A stretch of DNA of 64,000 nt from an uncultured Candidatus Saccharibacteria bacterium (GCA_964547425.1 CAZJNH010000006.1:6095-70094), one strand, 5' to 3'. Counted from the stretch's first letter, positions 28,893 through 39,361 are shown. Numbers and translations: made by a program. The notes: generated by a model from the sequence alone, not told the origin.

Positions 28893-30056
28893 TTAAGCTT
28901 TTGGCCACCAGCTGTGGGTGAAAACGTTGTGTAAGATTTCGGCGGCTTCGTCGGGCTTAACCGGACCGGGTTGGGAATAATCATCAATTCGATATGGAAC
29001 GAGTTCGGCCGATAGAAGTTTTCCGCCTTCGAATTTAGCTTTTAAAAATGTTCCTTGCTTTGTCTGGCGCGACCATTCCTGGTCGAAGACAAAGTTGCCT
29101 AGACTGTATAGGGCCAATTTTCCGTGATACCACTCAACTCCCTGTACGGTATGCGGATGAGAACCGATCACTATTGTTGCGCCGGCATCGAGAGCGCGAT
29201 GCGCCACCGTTCGCTGTTCCTCGTTGGCAACATGCGTGTACTCCGTTCCCCAATGATAGTAGACCAGCACCGCATCGGCCTTGGCCTTAGCGGCTTTGAT
29301 ATCGGCTTCCATTTGGCGAACCTGGCTTTCGTTGAACGGAAACCACGGCGCGATCCCGACCATCGCCATGCCAGGTGAAGTCGCCGTGGCGTCGGATCCG
29401 CCAACGATAGTGTCATATCCGAGCATCGCCACTTTAACTCCCTTAACGGACATAATTAATGGCGTGTGTGCCTCGGTAAAATTGTGCCCGCCGCCGAAGT
29501 ATTTAATTCCTCGCTTTTTCAGTGCATTCATGGTGTCGACAAATGCATCAGCTCCAGCGTTAAAGCTGTGGTTGTTGGCCAGGTTCATCGCGTCGATCCC
29601 GGCGTAGGTTAGCCCGTCGGCCACCCTGTCCGGCGAAGCGAACTGCATACAGGTGTTACACAAAATCGTGTGGGCATCCGAAATAGCTGCTTCTTGGTCC
29701 GCGGTGGTTAGATCGGCGTCCTTTACTTGCTTTGCCATCTTCAAAAACGGGTACAACACGCCATGCTGCTGCACTTTTTGATATACGACCCGGCCAATAA
29801 TAATATCTCCCAAGGCATTTAGCGTCCACGAAGACTTCGCCTCGCCGGATTGCTTAACTATCAGACCGGTCTTGAGCGGTACCACCGGAACACCAGCTGC
29901 CGGTTCAGCTGATTGGACGACGGGCGGGGTTGGGACGTCTTGAGCAGTTTGTGCCGGAATCGGTTTGGGCTTGTGAAAATAGCGATAGCCCAGCCAGCCG
30001 GCGGCCAGCGCGATGACGGCAAATACGGCAAGGGAAATCACTAGCCATTTCTTCAT
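28893..30056 (-). CDS. CapA (PGA_cap) family metallophosphatase-like protein
   Basis: LGDI, NLANNH, HWGTEY, GSHPH, YSLGNFVFDQ. Confidence 0.88.
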   Translation of the reverse strand: MKKWLVISLAVFAVIALAAGWLGYRYFHKPKPIPAQTAQDVPTPPVVQSAEPAAGVPVVPLKTGLIVKQSGEAKSSWTLNALGDIIIGRVVYQKVQQHGVLYPFLKMAKQVKDADLTTADQEAAISDAHTILCNTCMQFASPDRVADGLTYAGIDAMNLANNHSFNAGADAFVDTMNALKKRGIKYFGGGHNFTEAHTPLIMSVKGVKVAMLGYDTIVGGSDATATSPGMAMVGIAPWFPFNESQVRQMEADIKAAKAKADAVLVYYHWGTEYTHVANEEQRTVAHRALDAGATIVIGSHPHTVQGVEWYHGKLALYSLGNFVFDQEWSRQTKQGTFLKAKFEGGKLLSAELVPYRIDDYSQPGPVKPDEAAEILHNVFTHSWWPKA

Positions 30057-30092
30057 AACTTAATTGTAACGCTAGCGCTTAACTAAATGAAA

Positions 30093-30151
30093 AGGGAACA
30101 ACCCTCCCTCGTCTAGTCTTTAGTTAAACGGGTTGTATAGGGTTGCACCCT
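30093..30151 (+). repeat. 59-bp element, copy C
   Basis: AGGGAACAACCCT-CCCTCGTCT-15 nt-GGGTTGTAT-AGGGTTGCACCCT. Confidence 0.8.
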
Positions 30152-30175
30152 TTTCGGATGGTTGGCTGCGTCAGA

Positions 30176-30577
30176 TTACGGCAGGAATGGAGGTGGGCCA
30201 CCGCACTGGTAGTAGTACTGGAGCCCTAGGCAGAAGACTTGCCACTGCAATGAATTCTGTTGCGAGTACAGGCCGTTTAGCAGGTTCTGGTAGTAATTAA
30301 TCTGAGTCGTCAGGCTAGCGGCCGATGCAGATTCGCCTAGTCCTTTATTGATAAGAGTTTGGCGTGAGGTTTGTAGGGTATTGATCGTATTTTGGTAGCC
30401 GATGATAAGCCGGTTAACGCTTGTTAGCTGGGATTGTGCCGTGGCTAGTTGGGCCTTGAGGTTGGCACAGTAAACCGCAGGCGGTACTTCCGGCGCAGCG
30501 TTAGCCATTGCTGGAATAGCCATTACCCCTAGTGGAATCGCAAACGCTACCATCGAAAGAGCTAGTTTCTTAAACAT
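30176..30577 (-). CDS. Exported Gln/Asn-rich coiled-coil protein
   Basis: Signal peptide MFKKLAL..AMANA; heptad pattern. Confidence 0.6.
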   Translation of the reverse strand: MFKKLALSMVAFAIPLGVMAIPAMANAAPEVPPAVYCANLKAQLATAQSQLTSVNRLIIGYQNTINTLQTSRQTLINKGLGESASAASLTTQINYYQNLLNGLYSQQNSLQWQVFCLGLQYYYQCGGPPPFLP

Positions 30578-30685
30578 AACAGAACTCCATTCATTTATGA
30601 GTTTAGTTAAGCCCTCCCCCTGTAGGATTGCATTGTGCAAAATTCCAAACGAAAAGCCCCCGACGATAAAGTCAAAGACTTTTCG

Positions 30686-31561
30686 TCAGGGGCGATGTAT
30701 GTCGGGACCAAGCTCGTAGATCTCCTGTAGGTACGGACGGAGTTTGCCGAAGGCTTGTTTCTCGATTTGGCGAATCCGTTCGCGCGTCAGGTTGAGCATT
30801 TGCCCAATCGCTTCAAGCGTTTGAGGGTCGTCGTCGAGCAGACCGAAACGCAAGCAGATGATGTCAGCCTCCTGCTCGGTTAGCACTTCTGGCAAACAAG
30901 ACAGCATCTGCGAGTAGGCCACTCGATCCGGGTTCGGAGAACTGCTCCAATCGGGGATAGTGTTGACGTACGCCAAATCGCCGTCTTCGTCGATGGCTCG
31001 GTCAAGCGAACCGATGTATCTGTCGGCCAGCTCCCGCAAGCGATCAACTTTTTCCCGCGTTGTTTCAAGTTTCGCCGCCAGCTCGTCGTCGGTTGGCTCG
31101 CGATTCAGCTTGGTCTCCAGCTGGCTGCGCGCTACCCGAAAACGATTTACCTCGGCGAAAAGGTGCGACGGCAACCGAATCGATTCGCCCTTATCCGATA
31201 TCGCCCGGCCGATGGTTTGGCGGACCCACCATGTCGCATAAGTCGAGAAACGGAAGCCTTTGCGCCAGTCGAACTTCTCGACCGCCTTCATCAAGCCGAG
31301 GTTACCTTCCTGGACCAGGTCGAGGTAGGACATCCCGCGGTTGAAGTATCGGCGGGCGATCTTGGTCACCAGCCGGACATTGGCTTCGATGAACTCGGTC
31401 CGTGCCCGCACGCCATCTGCTCCACCAGCTTCGATCCGCTGCGCTAGCTTGATCTCTTGATCAGGCGTCAACAGCGGCGGACCGTTTTTGACATCGCGCA
31501 GATACAGTCCAACCATGTCGAACGTAAACCCAGGTTCAACGTCGTGCTCGCGCAGCGCCAA
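30686..31561 (-). CDS. RpoD/RpoS-like sigma70 factor lacking region 1.1
   Basis: DLVQEGNLGLMKAVEKFD, FSTYATWW, TRERIRQIE. Confidence 0.9.
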   Translation of the reverse strand: MALREHDVEPGFTFDMVGLYLRDVKNGPPLLTPDQEIKLAQRIEAGGADGVRARTEFIEANVRLVTKIARRYFNRGMSYLDLVQEGNLGLMKAVEKFDWRKGFRFSTYATWWVRQTIGRAISDKGESIRLPSHLFAEVNRFRVARSQLETKLNREPTDDELAAKLETTREKVDRLRELADRYIGSLDRAIDEDGDLAYVNTIPDWSSSPNPDRVAYSQMLSCLPEVLTEQEADIICLRFGLLDDDPQTLEAIGQMLNLTRERIRQIEKQAFGKLRPYLQEIYELGPDIHRP

Positions 31562-31627
31562 TCTCTACACCCCCTCTCATATTTCAACGTACGCAAACTT
31601 AGCTGCCTGATTATACCGCTTTTGAAG

Positions 31628-32395
31628 CTAGTCGAGGAGGTAGGATTTGTCTTCGTTGAGGTTGTCGAGAATTCGCATATCTTCGGTCGAGAGTTTGAAG
31701 TCGAAGATATCGAAGTTTTCTTTGATTCTGGCTTCATGCCTCGATTTCGGTAGCGTCACCAGATTGTGTTGAATATTCCACCGCAGCAAAACCTGAGCCG
31801 GTGACTTTTTATGCCTGGTAGCGATATCAATCAGGATTTTGTCATTGAGACGATGGCAGCGAGTCAGCGGACTGTAAGCTTCAACTATAATTCCTTGATC
31901 CTGGCAAAATTTAATCAGTTCTTGGTTATAGCGATACGGCGTAACTTCAATTTGGTTAGCAAACGGCTTAACCTTGGCTTTTCCCAGCAGCGCCGGCAGC
32001 CGTTTGAGGCCATAGTTGCTGACGCCAATGTTCTTGGCCAGGCCCCTTGATTGCAACTGCTCCATCACCCGCCAAATGTGGTGCCCCGGCCCAACCGGCG
32101 GCGGCCAATGAACCAGGTACAAATCGACATACTCCAGTTTCAGCCGCTTAAGGCTGTCTTTAAGGGCATGCGCCGGATTCAAGAACTGGGTCGGGAATAG
32201 TTTCGTTGTCACCCAAAGCTTATCGCGATCAAGGCCGGACCGGCGGATCCCCTCCCCTACTCCGGTCTCGTTTTTGTAAATGTAGGCCGTGTCGATGTGC
32301 CGGTAGCCGGCCTCAAGCGCCCATTCCACGGCTTGCTGCGCCTCGGCGTCCGCCATCTGCCAAGTCCCAAATCCAATCTGTGGTATATCTTTCAC
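31628..32395 (-). CDS. Aldo/keto reductase
   Basis: IGFGTW, GYRHIDTA.IY.NE, YVDLYLVHWP, IGVSNY. Confidence 0.92.
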   Translation of the reverse strand: MKDIPQIGFGTWQMADAEAQQAVEWALEAGYRHIDTAYIYKNETGVGEGIRRSGLDRDKLWVTTKLFPTQFLNPAHALKDSLKRLKLEYVDLYLVHWPPPVGPGHHIWRVMEQLQSRGLAKNIGVSNYGLKRLPALLGKAKVKPFANQIEVTPYRYNQELIKFCQDQGIIVEAYSPLTRCHRLNDKILIDIATRHKKSPAQVLLRWNIQHNLVTLPKSRHEARIKENFDIFDFKLSTEDMRILDNLNEDKSYLLD

Positions 32396-32507
32396 TTATC
32401 CATTATAATCTCTCTCTAATTCCGGCTTTCTTGAGTCGGTCGCTCGAATGAGTAAGGGGTTGCCTGCCGCCCTCTGGCGGGTGCGTACCTTGGGAGGTGA
32501 GCCTTCT

Positions 32508-33017
32508 ATGGCTCAGGAAGTGAAGTTTTTGCAGATAGTGCAGGGCCCGCCGCGTTGGGATCTGGTTTTGCACCACCACAACGGCGGCGACATGCACTGG
32601 AGATCGAGCTGGTTGCAGTTCACGATTCAAGACGAATCGGGCAACAAGCGCCAACTTGACGCCATGATCTCCGGCCTGGTCCAGGATGGCTATCGCGGCA
32701 ACAGCGCGTACTTCCTAACCGGGCATACTGACCTCGAGGGCTTTGACCATTTGGTCGGTTACTTCGACCTTACTTCGAGGAAAGGCTGGTTTTGGCTGAT
32801 AAAGAGCAAAGCCGAGCGCCTATCTGACGAAGAGGAAGACATGATCCGGGACTCAGCGGCCGGCGAGCTTCGCCACTTGCTGACGAAGCCACTACCGTTC
32901 GAGGCGATCAACTACATCGGTCTGGCGTTGGCCGAGATCGAGCACCACAAAGCTGTGCAAAGAAGACCAAGCTTCGATCACCGCTACGGCAAGTATCTTA
33001 ACCGAGCGGAAATGTAG
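32508..33017 (+). CDS. Hypothetical protein, apparent paralog of 39489-39806
   Basis: GGAGGTGA RBS; IVQGPP..DL and GYFD..SRKG motifs. Confidence 0.65.
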   Translation: MAQEVKFLQIVQGPPRWDLVLHHHNGGDMHWRSSWLQFTIQDESGNKRQLDAMISGLVQDGYRGNSAYFLTGHTDLEGFDHLVGYFDLTSRKGWFWLIKSKAERLSDEEEDMIRDSAAGELRHLLTKPLPFEAINYIGLALAEIEHHKAVQRRPSFDHRYGKYLNRAEM

Positions 33018-33061
33018 ATAGAGCCTCAATGCAAGAGCGTTGGGGCTCTTGCATTTAAACC

Positions 33062-33076
33062 GAACAACAAACGAAC
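33062..33076. promoter_or_regulatory. Putative LexA/SOS box upstream of the PIF1 helicase
   Basis: GAAC-aacaaac-GAAC. Confidence 0.65.
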
Positions 33077-33096
33077 GGTTGTGCTAAGATATCTCA

Positions 33097-34653
33097 ATGA
33101 CTCAAGCGCAGGCGCTAGATGTAATGAAGTTGGGGCACAACGTTTTTCTAACCGGCGAGCCGGGTTCGGGCAAAACTTATACTCTCAATAAATTCATCGC
33201 TTTCTGCAAACGCGAAGGTATTGGTGTTGGCGTGACGGCCTCGACCGGCATTGCGGCGACCCACATCGGCGGCATGACCATCCATAGCTGGAGCGGGATA
33301 GCCGTTCATGACGAAATTAGCGACGCGCACTTGGAACGGCTGCAAAACCGCAAACAACTTCAGGCCCGGTTCAAAAAAACCCGGGTACTAATAATCGATG
33401 AGATCTCGATGCTCGACGGAGCCAGGCTGGGGATGATTAACCGCGTTTGCCAGGCAATGAAGCACAGCGACAAACCGTTTGGCGGGTTGCAGGTCATTTT
33501 GTGCGGCGATCTCTTCCAGCTGCCACCGGTTACGCGCGGCCAGCAAGACATCGACTTCGCGCACTTCTCCCCAGCCTGGAAGGACTTAAACCTCAAGGTC
33601 TGCTACCTCTCCGAGCAGCACCGGCAAGAGGAGGACGAATCGATGCTATCTCTGTTGCGCCAAATCCGCTCCGGCGAATTGAGCGACGATGCTATGAAGC
33701 TGCTGGAAGAACGGCTGGAACAAACCAATGAAGATGAGGATATTACTCGCCTTTACTCCCACAACGTCGACGTTGACTCATTAAACGCCAAGCGCTTAGC
33801 TCTAATCGAAGACGAATCAAAAATATTTCAAATGCAAACTCACGGCTCTGCTCATTTGGTGGAGCAGCTGCAAAAGAGCTGCTTGGCGCCGGAAAAATTA
33901 GAACTCAAAGTCGGTGCCCAGGTTTTATGTGTAGCCAACAACCCAGCCGAGGGTTATATGAACGGCACCCGCGCCGAAGTAATCGGCTTTGACGATGGCC
34001 AGCCGGTTATACGACTCGCGGGCGGTAAAAAAATCAAAATGACTCAAAAAACCTGGGCTATCGAAGACGGCGACCGCATATTGGCGGAGGTCGCACAATA
34101 TCCGCTGCGCCTCGCGTGGGCGATTACCGTGCACAAAAGCCAGGGTATGAGCCTCGACGCCGCCGAAGTCGACCTCTCCCGCGCCTTTACGCCCGGTATG
34201 GGTTATGTCGCGCTGTCTCGCTTGCGCCAACTCTCCGGCCTCTACCTTCGCGGCATCAATCAAATGGCTCTGCGGGTTAGCCCAGAAATTACCGAGTTCG
34301 ACGCCAGCCTACGCGCTCAGTCCACCAAAGTAGTCGACAGCTTGTCGGGCATAAATGAAAAAGAGCTGACACAAATGCATCAGCAAGTTAAAACTAATCT
34401 GGCCCAAGACTACGCCGAGTACGACAAAGCCCTCTTCGAAGACTTGCGCACCTGGCGCACGGACCAGGCCAAAAAACAGAAGTTACCAGCCTACATGATC
34501 CTGGACGATAAAACCTTAATCGCTTTAAGCGCCGAACGCCCCCAATCCGAAGCCGACATGCTGCTAGTTTCGGGAATCGGTCCCAAGAAACTAAAAGACT
34601 ACGGCAGCGACCTAATGCGACTCATCAACCAAAAATCCGGTAGACTGTTTTAG
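33097..34653 (+). CDS. PIF1-family helicase with C-terminal HRDC domain
   Basis: FLTGEPGSGKT, TASTGIAA, IIDEISM, WAITVHKSQGMSL, LPAYMI.DDKTL. Confidence 0.9.
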   Translation: MTQAQALDVMKLGHNVFLTGEPGSGKTYTLNKFIAFCKREGIGVGVTASTGIAATHIGGMTIHSWSGIAVHDEISDAHLERLQNRKQLQARFKKTRVLIIDEISMLDGARLGMINRVCQAMKHSDKPFGGLQVILCGDLFQLPPVTRGQQDIDFAHFSPAWKDLNLKVCYLSEQHRQEEDESMLSLLRQIRSGELSDDAMKLLEERLEQTNEDEDITRLYSHNVDVDSLNAKRLALIEDESKIFQMQTHGSAHLVEQLQKSCLAPEKLELKVGAQVLCVANNPAEGYMNGTRAEVIGFDDGQPVIRLAGGKKIKMTQKTWAIEDGDRILAEVAQYPLRLAWAITVHKSQGMSLDAAEVDLSRAFTPGMGYVALSRLRQLSGLYLRGINQMALRVSPEITEFDASLRAQSTKVVDSLSGINEKELTQMHQQVKTNLAQDYAEYDKALFEDLRTWRTDQAKKQKLPAYMILDDKTLIALSAERPQSEADMLLVSGIGPKKLKDYGSDLMRLINQKSGRLF

Positions 34654-35322
34654 CTAACTGAGCGTGGCTGTTTTAAACTTGGCTCGGTAGATGCAATACC
34701 CGCAAGTGCTCGACTCAAGAGGTAACTCACCGCCCAGAACCTCAGATATTTCGTCAATGAAACCGTAGAATGCTGGCATATCAGCTATTACCTCGCGGAA
34801 AATCGGCTTTGACCTAAAGAATGCATATCCTTTGTGGTATCGAACATCTTGCGGTTGGATTACCAAAAGCCCCATCCTCGAAATCTGTTTAGGCTCGCCT
34901 ACCGCAGGATTCTCATGTGCAAATTTATAGGCGTGTAGCTGCCTGTCGTATTTAGCTAGACTTTCCGCGCTAGGATCGGTGATCTTCAAATCCAGTACGC
35001 CATACGTTCCGTCATCGAACTTAGTCAAAAGGTCGAATCTGCCATTTAGGTAGCAGTCTAGCTTGTTGGGTATTGGCTTTGATTTTAAAAAACCTTCTTG
35101 AGAGTCGAACTTCCCAGACGGCAATTCAGAAATTATGTCACTTAAATTGTGCTGCAAAGCCATCGTCTGGAGCTGACTGTTCATCTTCGTAAAGATTGAC
35201 GGGAAAGGCGTGCTTGGAGTGGTTAGGGCATTTACAACTTTCTGGTAGTAACAGTGTTTACAGTCTTCCCAGAGAAACTTAAAGTCCGACGGACTAAGCT
35301 TATATTTGGCTGGGCTATTCAT
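34654..35322 (-). CDS. PD-(D/E)XK nuclease, Cas4/AddB-like
   Basis: LSPSD, GRFD..VLDLK, QLHAY; Cys pairs at both ends. Confidence 0.75.
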   Translation of the reverse strand: MNSPAKYKLSPSDFKFLWEDCKHCYYQKVVNALTTPSTPFPSIFTKMNSQLQTMALQHNLSDIISELPSGKFDSQEGFLKSKPIPNKLDCYLNGRFDLLTKFDDGTYGVLDLKITDPSAESLAKYDRQLHAYKFAHENPAVGEPKQISRMGLLVIQPQDVRYHKGYAFFRSKPIFREVIADMPAFYGFIDEISEVLGGELPLESSTCGYCIYRAKFKTATLS

Positions 35323-35573
35323 AGTTTGAATTCATCCTTAAATTTCCTTGATCGAAACTTAGTCTTAACTTCTGTGATGCGTTTTTCTATCGTTGCGAAA
35401 ATCTTTTCAACGTCAGCCTCGTCGTAGCTGTATAGTGTTTTATTGCCGGTATTACCTAACAGTCTCAGGTCATTTAGAATCCTATTCGTACGTTTCTCGG
35501 CAACTCGAACAAAGCGCTCCCGTCTTGCTTGGGGTGTATAAAGCTCTTTTCGATCAATCTCTTCTTCACTCAT
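35319..35573 (-). CDS. Small basic helical hypothetical protein
   Basis: RRERFVRVAEKRTNRIL..LRLLGN; coupled to the nuclease gene. Confidence 0.6.
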   Translation of the reverse strand: MSEEEIDRKELYTPQARRERFVRVAEKRTNRILNDLRLLGNTGNKTLYSYDEADVEKIFATIEKRITEVKTKFRSRKFKDEFKL

Positions 35574-35788
35574 AGAAGATATATACCACACTATCTATGT
35601 ATATACAACGGGCTGGATAGAGTTAGCTAAAATTGTAGTTCTTGACGTATAACTATTGACCAGTTTACAAACGGCGACTAGGATAAAAGTAAATCGCCGC
35701 ACGAGAATTTGAGCCTCAGATACGACGATTTACGCTGACGATTTTTTTCGTCTTCTCCATACTAACTAATTGCTCAAGGAGGGTAAAG

Positions 35789-35980
35789 ATGAGTGTTTTT
35801 TGGCTATACCGACGCGCCGATAGGGACATCGGCTGGAGACTCCGAGATGGCAACCAGAAAATAATTGCTATTTCCGGTGAAGGCTTCAAGACAGAGACCT
35901 CGGCGCGTAACTCAATCGCTAATGTGAAGCTTGAAGCACCTCGTGCCGAGATAAAAACTTCGGACAAGTCGCCTATTTAA
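35789..35980 (+). CDS. DUF1508/YegP-like small protein
   Basis: WRLRDGNQKIIA.SGEGF.....A.NSI..VK; AAGGAGG RBS. Confidence 0.7.
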   Translation: MSVFWLYRRADRDIGWRLRDGNQKIIAISGEGFKTETSARNSIANVKLEAPRAEIKTSDKSPI

Positions 35981-36035
35981 CCGCAAGCAAGGATTACCAC
36001 TGACGGATTATGTCCTGAGACGGTTTTCTTAAATC

Positions 36036-36064
36036 TTGACGTTCGTATTTTGTTCTATTATGAT
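36036..36064 (+). promoter_or_regulatory. MTase promoter with SOS-type box in its spacer
   Basis: TTGACG-17-TATGAT; GTTC-gtatttt-GTTC at 36041-36055. Confidence 0.6.
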
Positions 36065-36082
36065 AAGATAAGCATAAGATCC

Positions 36083-37030
36083 ATGAGGAGTAATATAGAT
36101 AATCAAATACTGTGCGAGGATTGTGTGGAAGGGCTGGCTACAATCCCTGCGAACTCAATTGACGGCTGTATTGCTGACCCTCCTTATAACTACGAGTTTA
36201 TTGGTCATAAATGGGATGCAGAAGAAATAAAAAGAAGGGCAGCTAAGGCCAAGGACTCTACTACCTTAGTTAAGAACATTCCGTACGGTAGCGGTCTGGC
36301 AGGTGGTGTACGGAATGAGAGGTGGTACCAAAAGAATGCCGAGAACATCAATGACTATAGGAAGTGGACTCGACAGTGGGGTGAACAGGTGTTAAGGGTG
36401 TTAAAACCTGGGGCATATATCCTGGTTTTTAATAGCTCCCGCACGATTGCACACGTTCAGGTTGCGCTCGAGGAAGCTGGCTTCTATGCCCGAGATACCC
36501 TCGTGTGGAGAAGGCATTCTGGAATACCTAAAGGCCTAAACTACGCTAAAAAAATAGCTAAGGAAGACGCCTCAAGAGCTAGAGGGTGGAATGGTTGGCA
36601 CAGCTGTTTACGCAATGAGTGGGAGGCTATAGCAATGCTTCAAAAGCCTCTGGAGAATAACTACATGGAAACCGTCAAGAAGTACGGGGTCGGTCTTCTT
36701 CACGCCGAGGACGCTTTTGGATTCAAGTCGAATATTTTCGAAGGAATTAAGCGAGACAAGAAGGATAGCTTTAATGTCCACTGCACGGTTAAGCCGGCTG
36801 ATTTAATTAAGCAGCTTATCGATCTTATTATTCCAGCCCATAAAGGCGCCATCGTACTGGATCCCTTTATGGGTTCGGGTACAACAGCAGTCGCGGCTAT
36901 AGAGAGCGGTATCTCCTACTTAGGGTATGAAATTAATCCTGAATATTGCGAAATCGCAAAAGAGCGTGTAAATAAGATGGCAGCAACGAGCTCACCTCTG
37001 AACCGTAAAGCTCCCCTTAAGCTTTTTTAG
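36083..37030 (+). CDS. N4-C/N6-A DNA methyltransferase (beta class)
   Basis: DPPY precedes LDPFMGSGTT; H.TVKP. Confidence 0.9.
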   Translation: MRSNIDNQILCEDCVEGLATIPANSIDGCIADPPYNYEFIGHKWDAEEIKRRAAKAKDSTTLVKNIPYGSGLAGGVRNERWYQKNAENINDYRKWTRQWGEQVLRVLKPGAYILVFNSSRTIAHVQVALEEAGFYARDTLVWRRHSGIPKGLNYAKKIAKEDASRARGWNGWHSCLRNEWEAIAMLQKPLENNYMETVKKYGVGLLHAEDAFGFKSNIFEGIKRDKKDSFNVHCTVKPADLIKQLIDLIIPAHKGAIVLDPFMGSGTTAVAAIESGISYLGYEINPEYCEIAKERVNKMAATSSPLNRKAPLKLF

Positions 37031-37552
37031 ATATTGCTCTAAATCGAAGCTAGTTTTCTCTTTTATATAAGCAAAGGCGTCGGGTCCAACGTAAAGTGTC
37101 CAGCCACCAACACGACAAGCACCAAGTGCTGCGGGCAGATTATCTTCTCTTAAGATAAGTAATACGGGACGAAACCCCTGCCCCTTGAGCATTGCTCCGT
37201 ATTGTTTGAATTTCTTAAGCGTACCAGAATCCCCAGATCCTATACGGTACTTAGTGTCAATGGCATCTTTGCCTACGAACATATCGGTTGGTTCGTCTGC
37301 TTCTACTTTAATTGCCGGCAAATAATCTGCACACTTCAATTCGCACAACCTATCGATGAGTAATTGCCAGCACATACCTAGCTCTCTGCCCCAGTACTGC
37401 CTGTTCTCTCGTTTTATCTCAGGAGTTATATTGAAAATATCCATTAGCAAATCGTGGTCATTGTTTTCTTCGCCGTACGCTTTATCGGAAAATGATCCTG
37501 CATACTGGCTGATGATCTTCTTTAGCTCGATATCTAAATCTTGTTGTGTCAT
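36992..37552 (-). CDS. Putative type II restriction endonuclease (ApaLI-like)
   Basis: EPTD...AIDTKYR PD-DxK core; convergent with the MTase. Confidence 0.65.
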   Translation of the reverse strand: MTQQDLDIELKKIISQYAGSFSDKAYGEENNDHDLLMDIFNITPEIKRENRQYWGRELGMCWQLLIDRLCELKCADYLPAIKVEADEPTDMFVGKDAIDTKYRIGSGDSGTLKKFKQYGAMLKGQGFRPVLLILREDNLPAALGACRVGGWTLYVGPDAFAYIKEKTSFDLEQYLKKLKGSFTVQR

Positions 37553-37568
37553 TTTTTGCACTTTTAGC

Positions 37569-37592
37569 AAAAAGCCCAGTTAAGGGCTTTTT
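37569..37592. terminator. rpsJ terminator (bidirectional)
   Basis: AAAAAGCCC-agttaa-GGGCTTTTT. Confidence 0.75.
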
Positions 37593-37596
37593 GTGG

Positions 37597-37947
37597 CTAC
37601 ATTATTGTCTTTATCTCAATATCCACACCCGCCGGGAGGTTTAGGGCCATTAGGGAGTCGATGGTTTTTTGGTTGAACTCGGTGACGTCGATCAAACGTT
37701 TGTGGGTGCGTTGCTCGAACTGCTCCCGGCTGTCTTTGTAGATGTGCGGGCTGCGCAATACCGTGAACTTCTGTTTCTCGGTGGGCAACGGAATCGGCCC
37801 GGCCACCTTGGAGCCATTGCGAATAGCGGTATCTAGAATCTGCTTGGCCGACTGGTCGATAATTTTGTTATCGTAGGCCTTCAGGCGGATCCTGATGCGC
37901 TGCTTGGGCTCTTCTTTGGTGGTTTCGGGCTTCTTATCTTCTGCCAT
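37597..37947 (-). CDS. rpsJ: 30S ribosomal protein uS10
   Basis: [31 protein letters not shown]. Confidence 0.97.
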   Translation of the reverse strand: MAEDKKPETTKEEPKQRIRIRLKAYDNKIIDQSAKQILDTAIRNGSKVAGPIPLPTEKQKFTVLRSPHIYKDSREQFEQRTHKRLIDVTEFNQKTIDSLMALNLPAGVDIEIKTIM

Positions 37948-37982
37948 ATTGAGTAAGGTGCGAGGAGGTATCTAGCTCCTAA

Positions 37983-39158
37983 TTATTTGATGATCTTAGA
38001 GACTACGCCAGCTCCTACGGTTTTGCCGCCTTCGCGGATGGCGAAGCGTAGGCCGTCTTCCATAGCGATCGGGGAGATCAGTTTAACTTTAACCGATACG
38101 TTGTCTCCCGGCATAATCATTTCAGTTCCTTCTGGCAGTTCAACTTCGCCGGTGACGTCGGTGGTGCGAATGTAAAACTGGGGCTTGTAGCCTTTGAAGA
38201 ACGGGGTGTGGCGTCCGCCTTCATCCTTTTTCAGAACGTAGATTTCGCCTTCAAATTCGGTGTGAGGAGTAATCGAACCGGGCTTTGCAAGCACCTGGCC
38301 GCGCTCGATGTCGTCGCGCTCAACTCCGCGGAGCAGTACGCCAACGTTGTCGCCGGCTTGCGCGTCGGGGAGTAATTTGCGGAACATTTCTACACCGGTA
38401 ACGACGGTTTTCTTGGTGGCGCGAATACCAACGATTTCAACTTCGTCGTTAACGGCCACTTTGCCGCGCTCAATCCGGCCGGTGGCAACAGTACCACGAC
38501 CTTTGATCGAGAAAACGTCTTCGATCGGCATTAGAAAAGGCTTGTCGACGTCGCGGGTTGGCTCGGGCAGTTCATCTAGAGCCGCAACCAGTTCGTGGAT
38601 ACTCTTCTCATACTCGGCGTCGCCTTCAAGAGCCTTTAGGGCGGAACCCTTGATGATGGCGGCTTTGTCGCCGTCGTACTCGTATTTGGAGAGCAGTTCG
38701 CGAATTTCAACCTCAACCAGTTCGGCTAGTTCAGGGTCGGCCATGTCCATTTTGTTCATGAAAACTACGATGTGAGGCACACCAACCTGGCGGGCGAGGA
38801 GAATGTGCTCGCGAGTTTGGGGCATCGGGCCGTCGGCAGCCGAAACAACTAGGATAGCGGCGTCCATCTGGGCGGCGCCGGTAATCATGTTCTTAACGTA
38901 GTCGGCGTGGCCAGGGCAGTCGACGTGGGCGTAGTGGCGTTTGTCGGACTCGTACTCCTGGTGGGAGGTGGCAATAGTAATACCGCGGGCTTTTTCCTCC
39001 GGAGCCTTGTCGATTTCGGCGTAGCTGGTGGCTGTTGCCTGACCCGACTTGGCGAGTACCGTAGTAATAGCGGCGGTTAAGGTAGTTTTGCCGTGGTCGA
39101 CGTGACCAATGGTGCCTACGTTGATATGGGGTTTTGTGCGAGTGTATGTCTCGGCCAT
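37983..39158 (-). CDS. tuf: Elongation factor Tu
   Basis: [24 protein letters not shown]. Confidence 0.98.
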   Translation of the reverse strand: MAETYTRTKPHINVGTIGHVDHGKTTLTAAITTVLAKSGQATATSYAEIDKAPEEKARGITIATSHQEYESDKRHYAHVDCPGHADYVKNMITGAAQMDAAILVVSAADGPMPQTREHILLARQVGVPHIVVFMNKMDMADPELAELVEVEIRELLSKYEYDGDKAAIIKGSALKALEGDAEYEKSIHELVAALDELPEPTRDVDKPFLMPIEDVFSIKGRGTVATGRIERGKVAVNDEVEIVGIRATKKTVVTGVEMFRKLLPDAQAGDNVGVLLRGVERDDIERGQVLAKPGSITPHTEFEGEIYVLKKDEGGRHTPFFKGYKPQFYIRTTDVTGEVELPEGTEMIMPGDNVSVKVKLISPIAMEDGLRFAIREGGKTVGAGVVSKIIK

Positions 39159-39293
39159 GATGCTGGTTCTCTCCTAATAATTCGTTAGTATTTCGGGCAA
39201 ATTAAAAAACGGTCGCCCGTAATTAGACTTTAAGAATTATAAGCAAGGAGAGCCTATCTGTAAACCCTTTTAGCGCCAACTCGCCCCTCAATC

Positions 39294-39352
39294 AAGGTTC
39301 GACCCTATACAACCCAAGTAATTCACCTTGAGACGAAAAAGGGTCGAACCTT
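39294..39352 (-). repeat. 59-bp element, copy D (inverted)
   Basis: Minus strand: AAGGTTCGACCCT-TTTTCGTCT-15 nt-GGGTTGTAT-AGGGTCGAACCTT. Confidence 0.85.
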
Positions 39353-39361
39353 ATTCAAGCC

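Noticed and set aside
30093-30151. 59-bp elements as mini-CRISPR arrays
   Set aside because: At most two cores per locus, 15-nt centres, and no cas operon; the lone Cas4-like nuclease is insufficient
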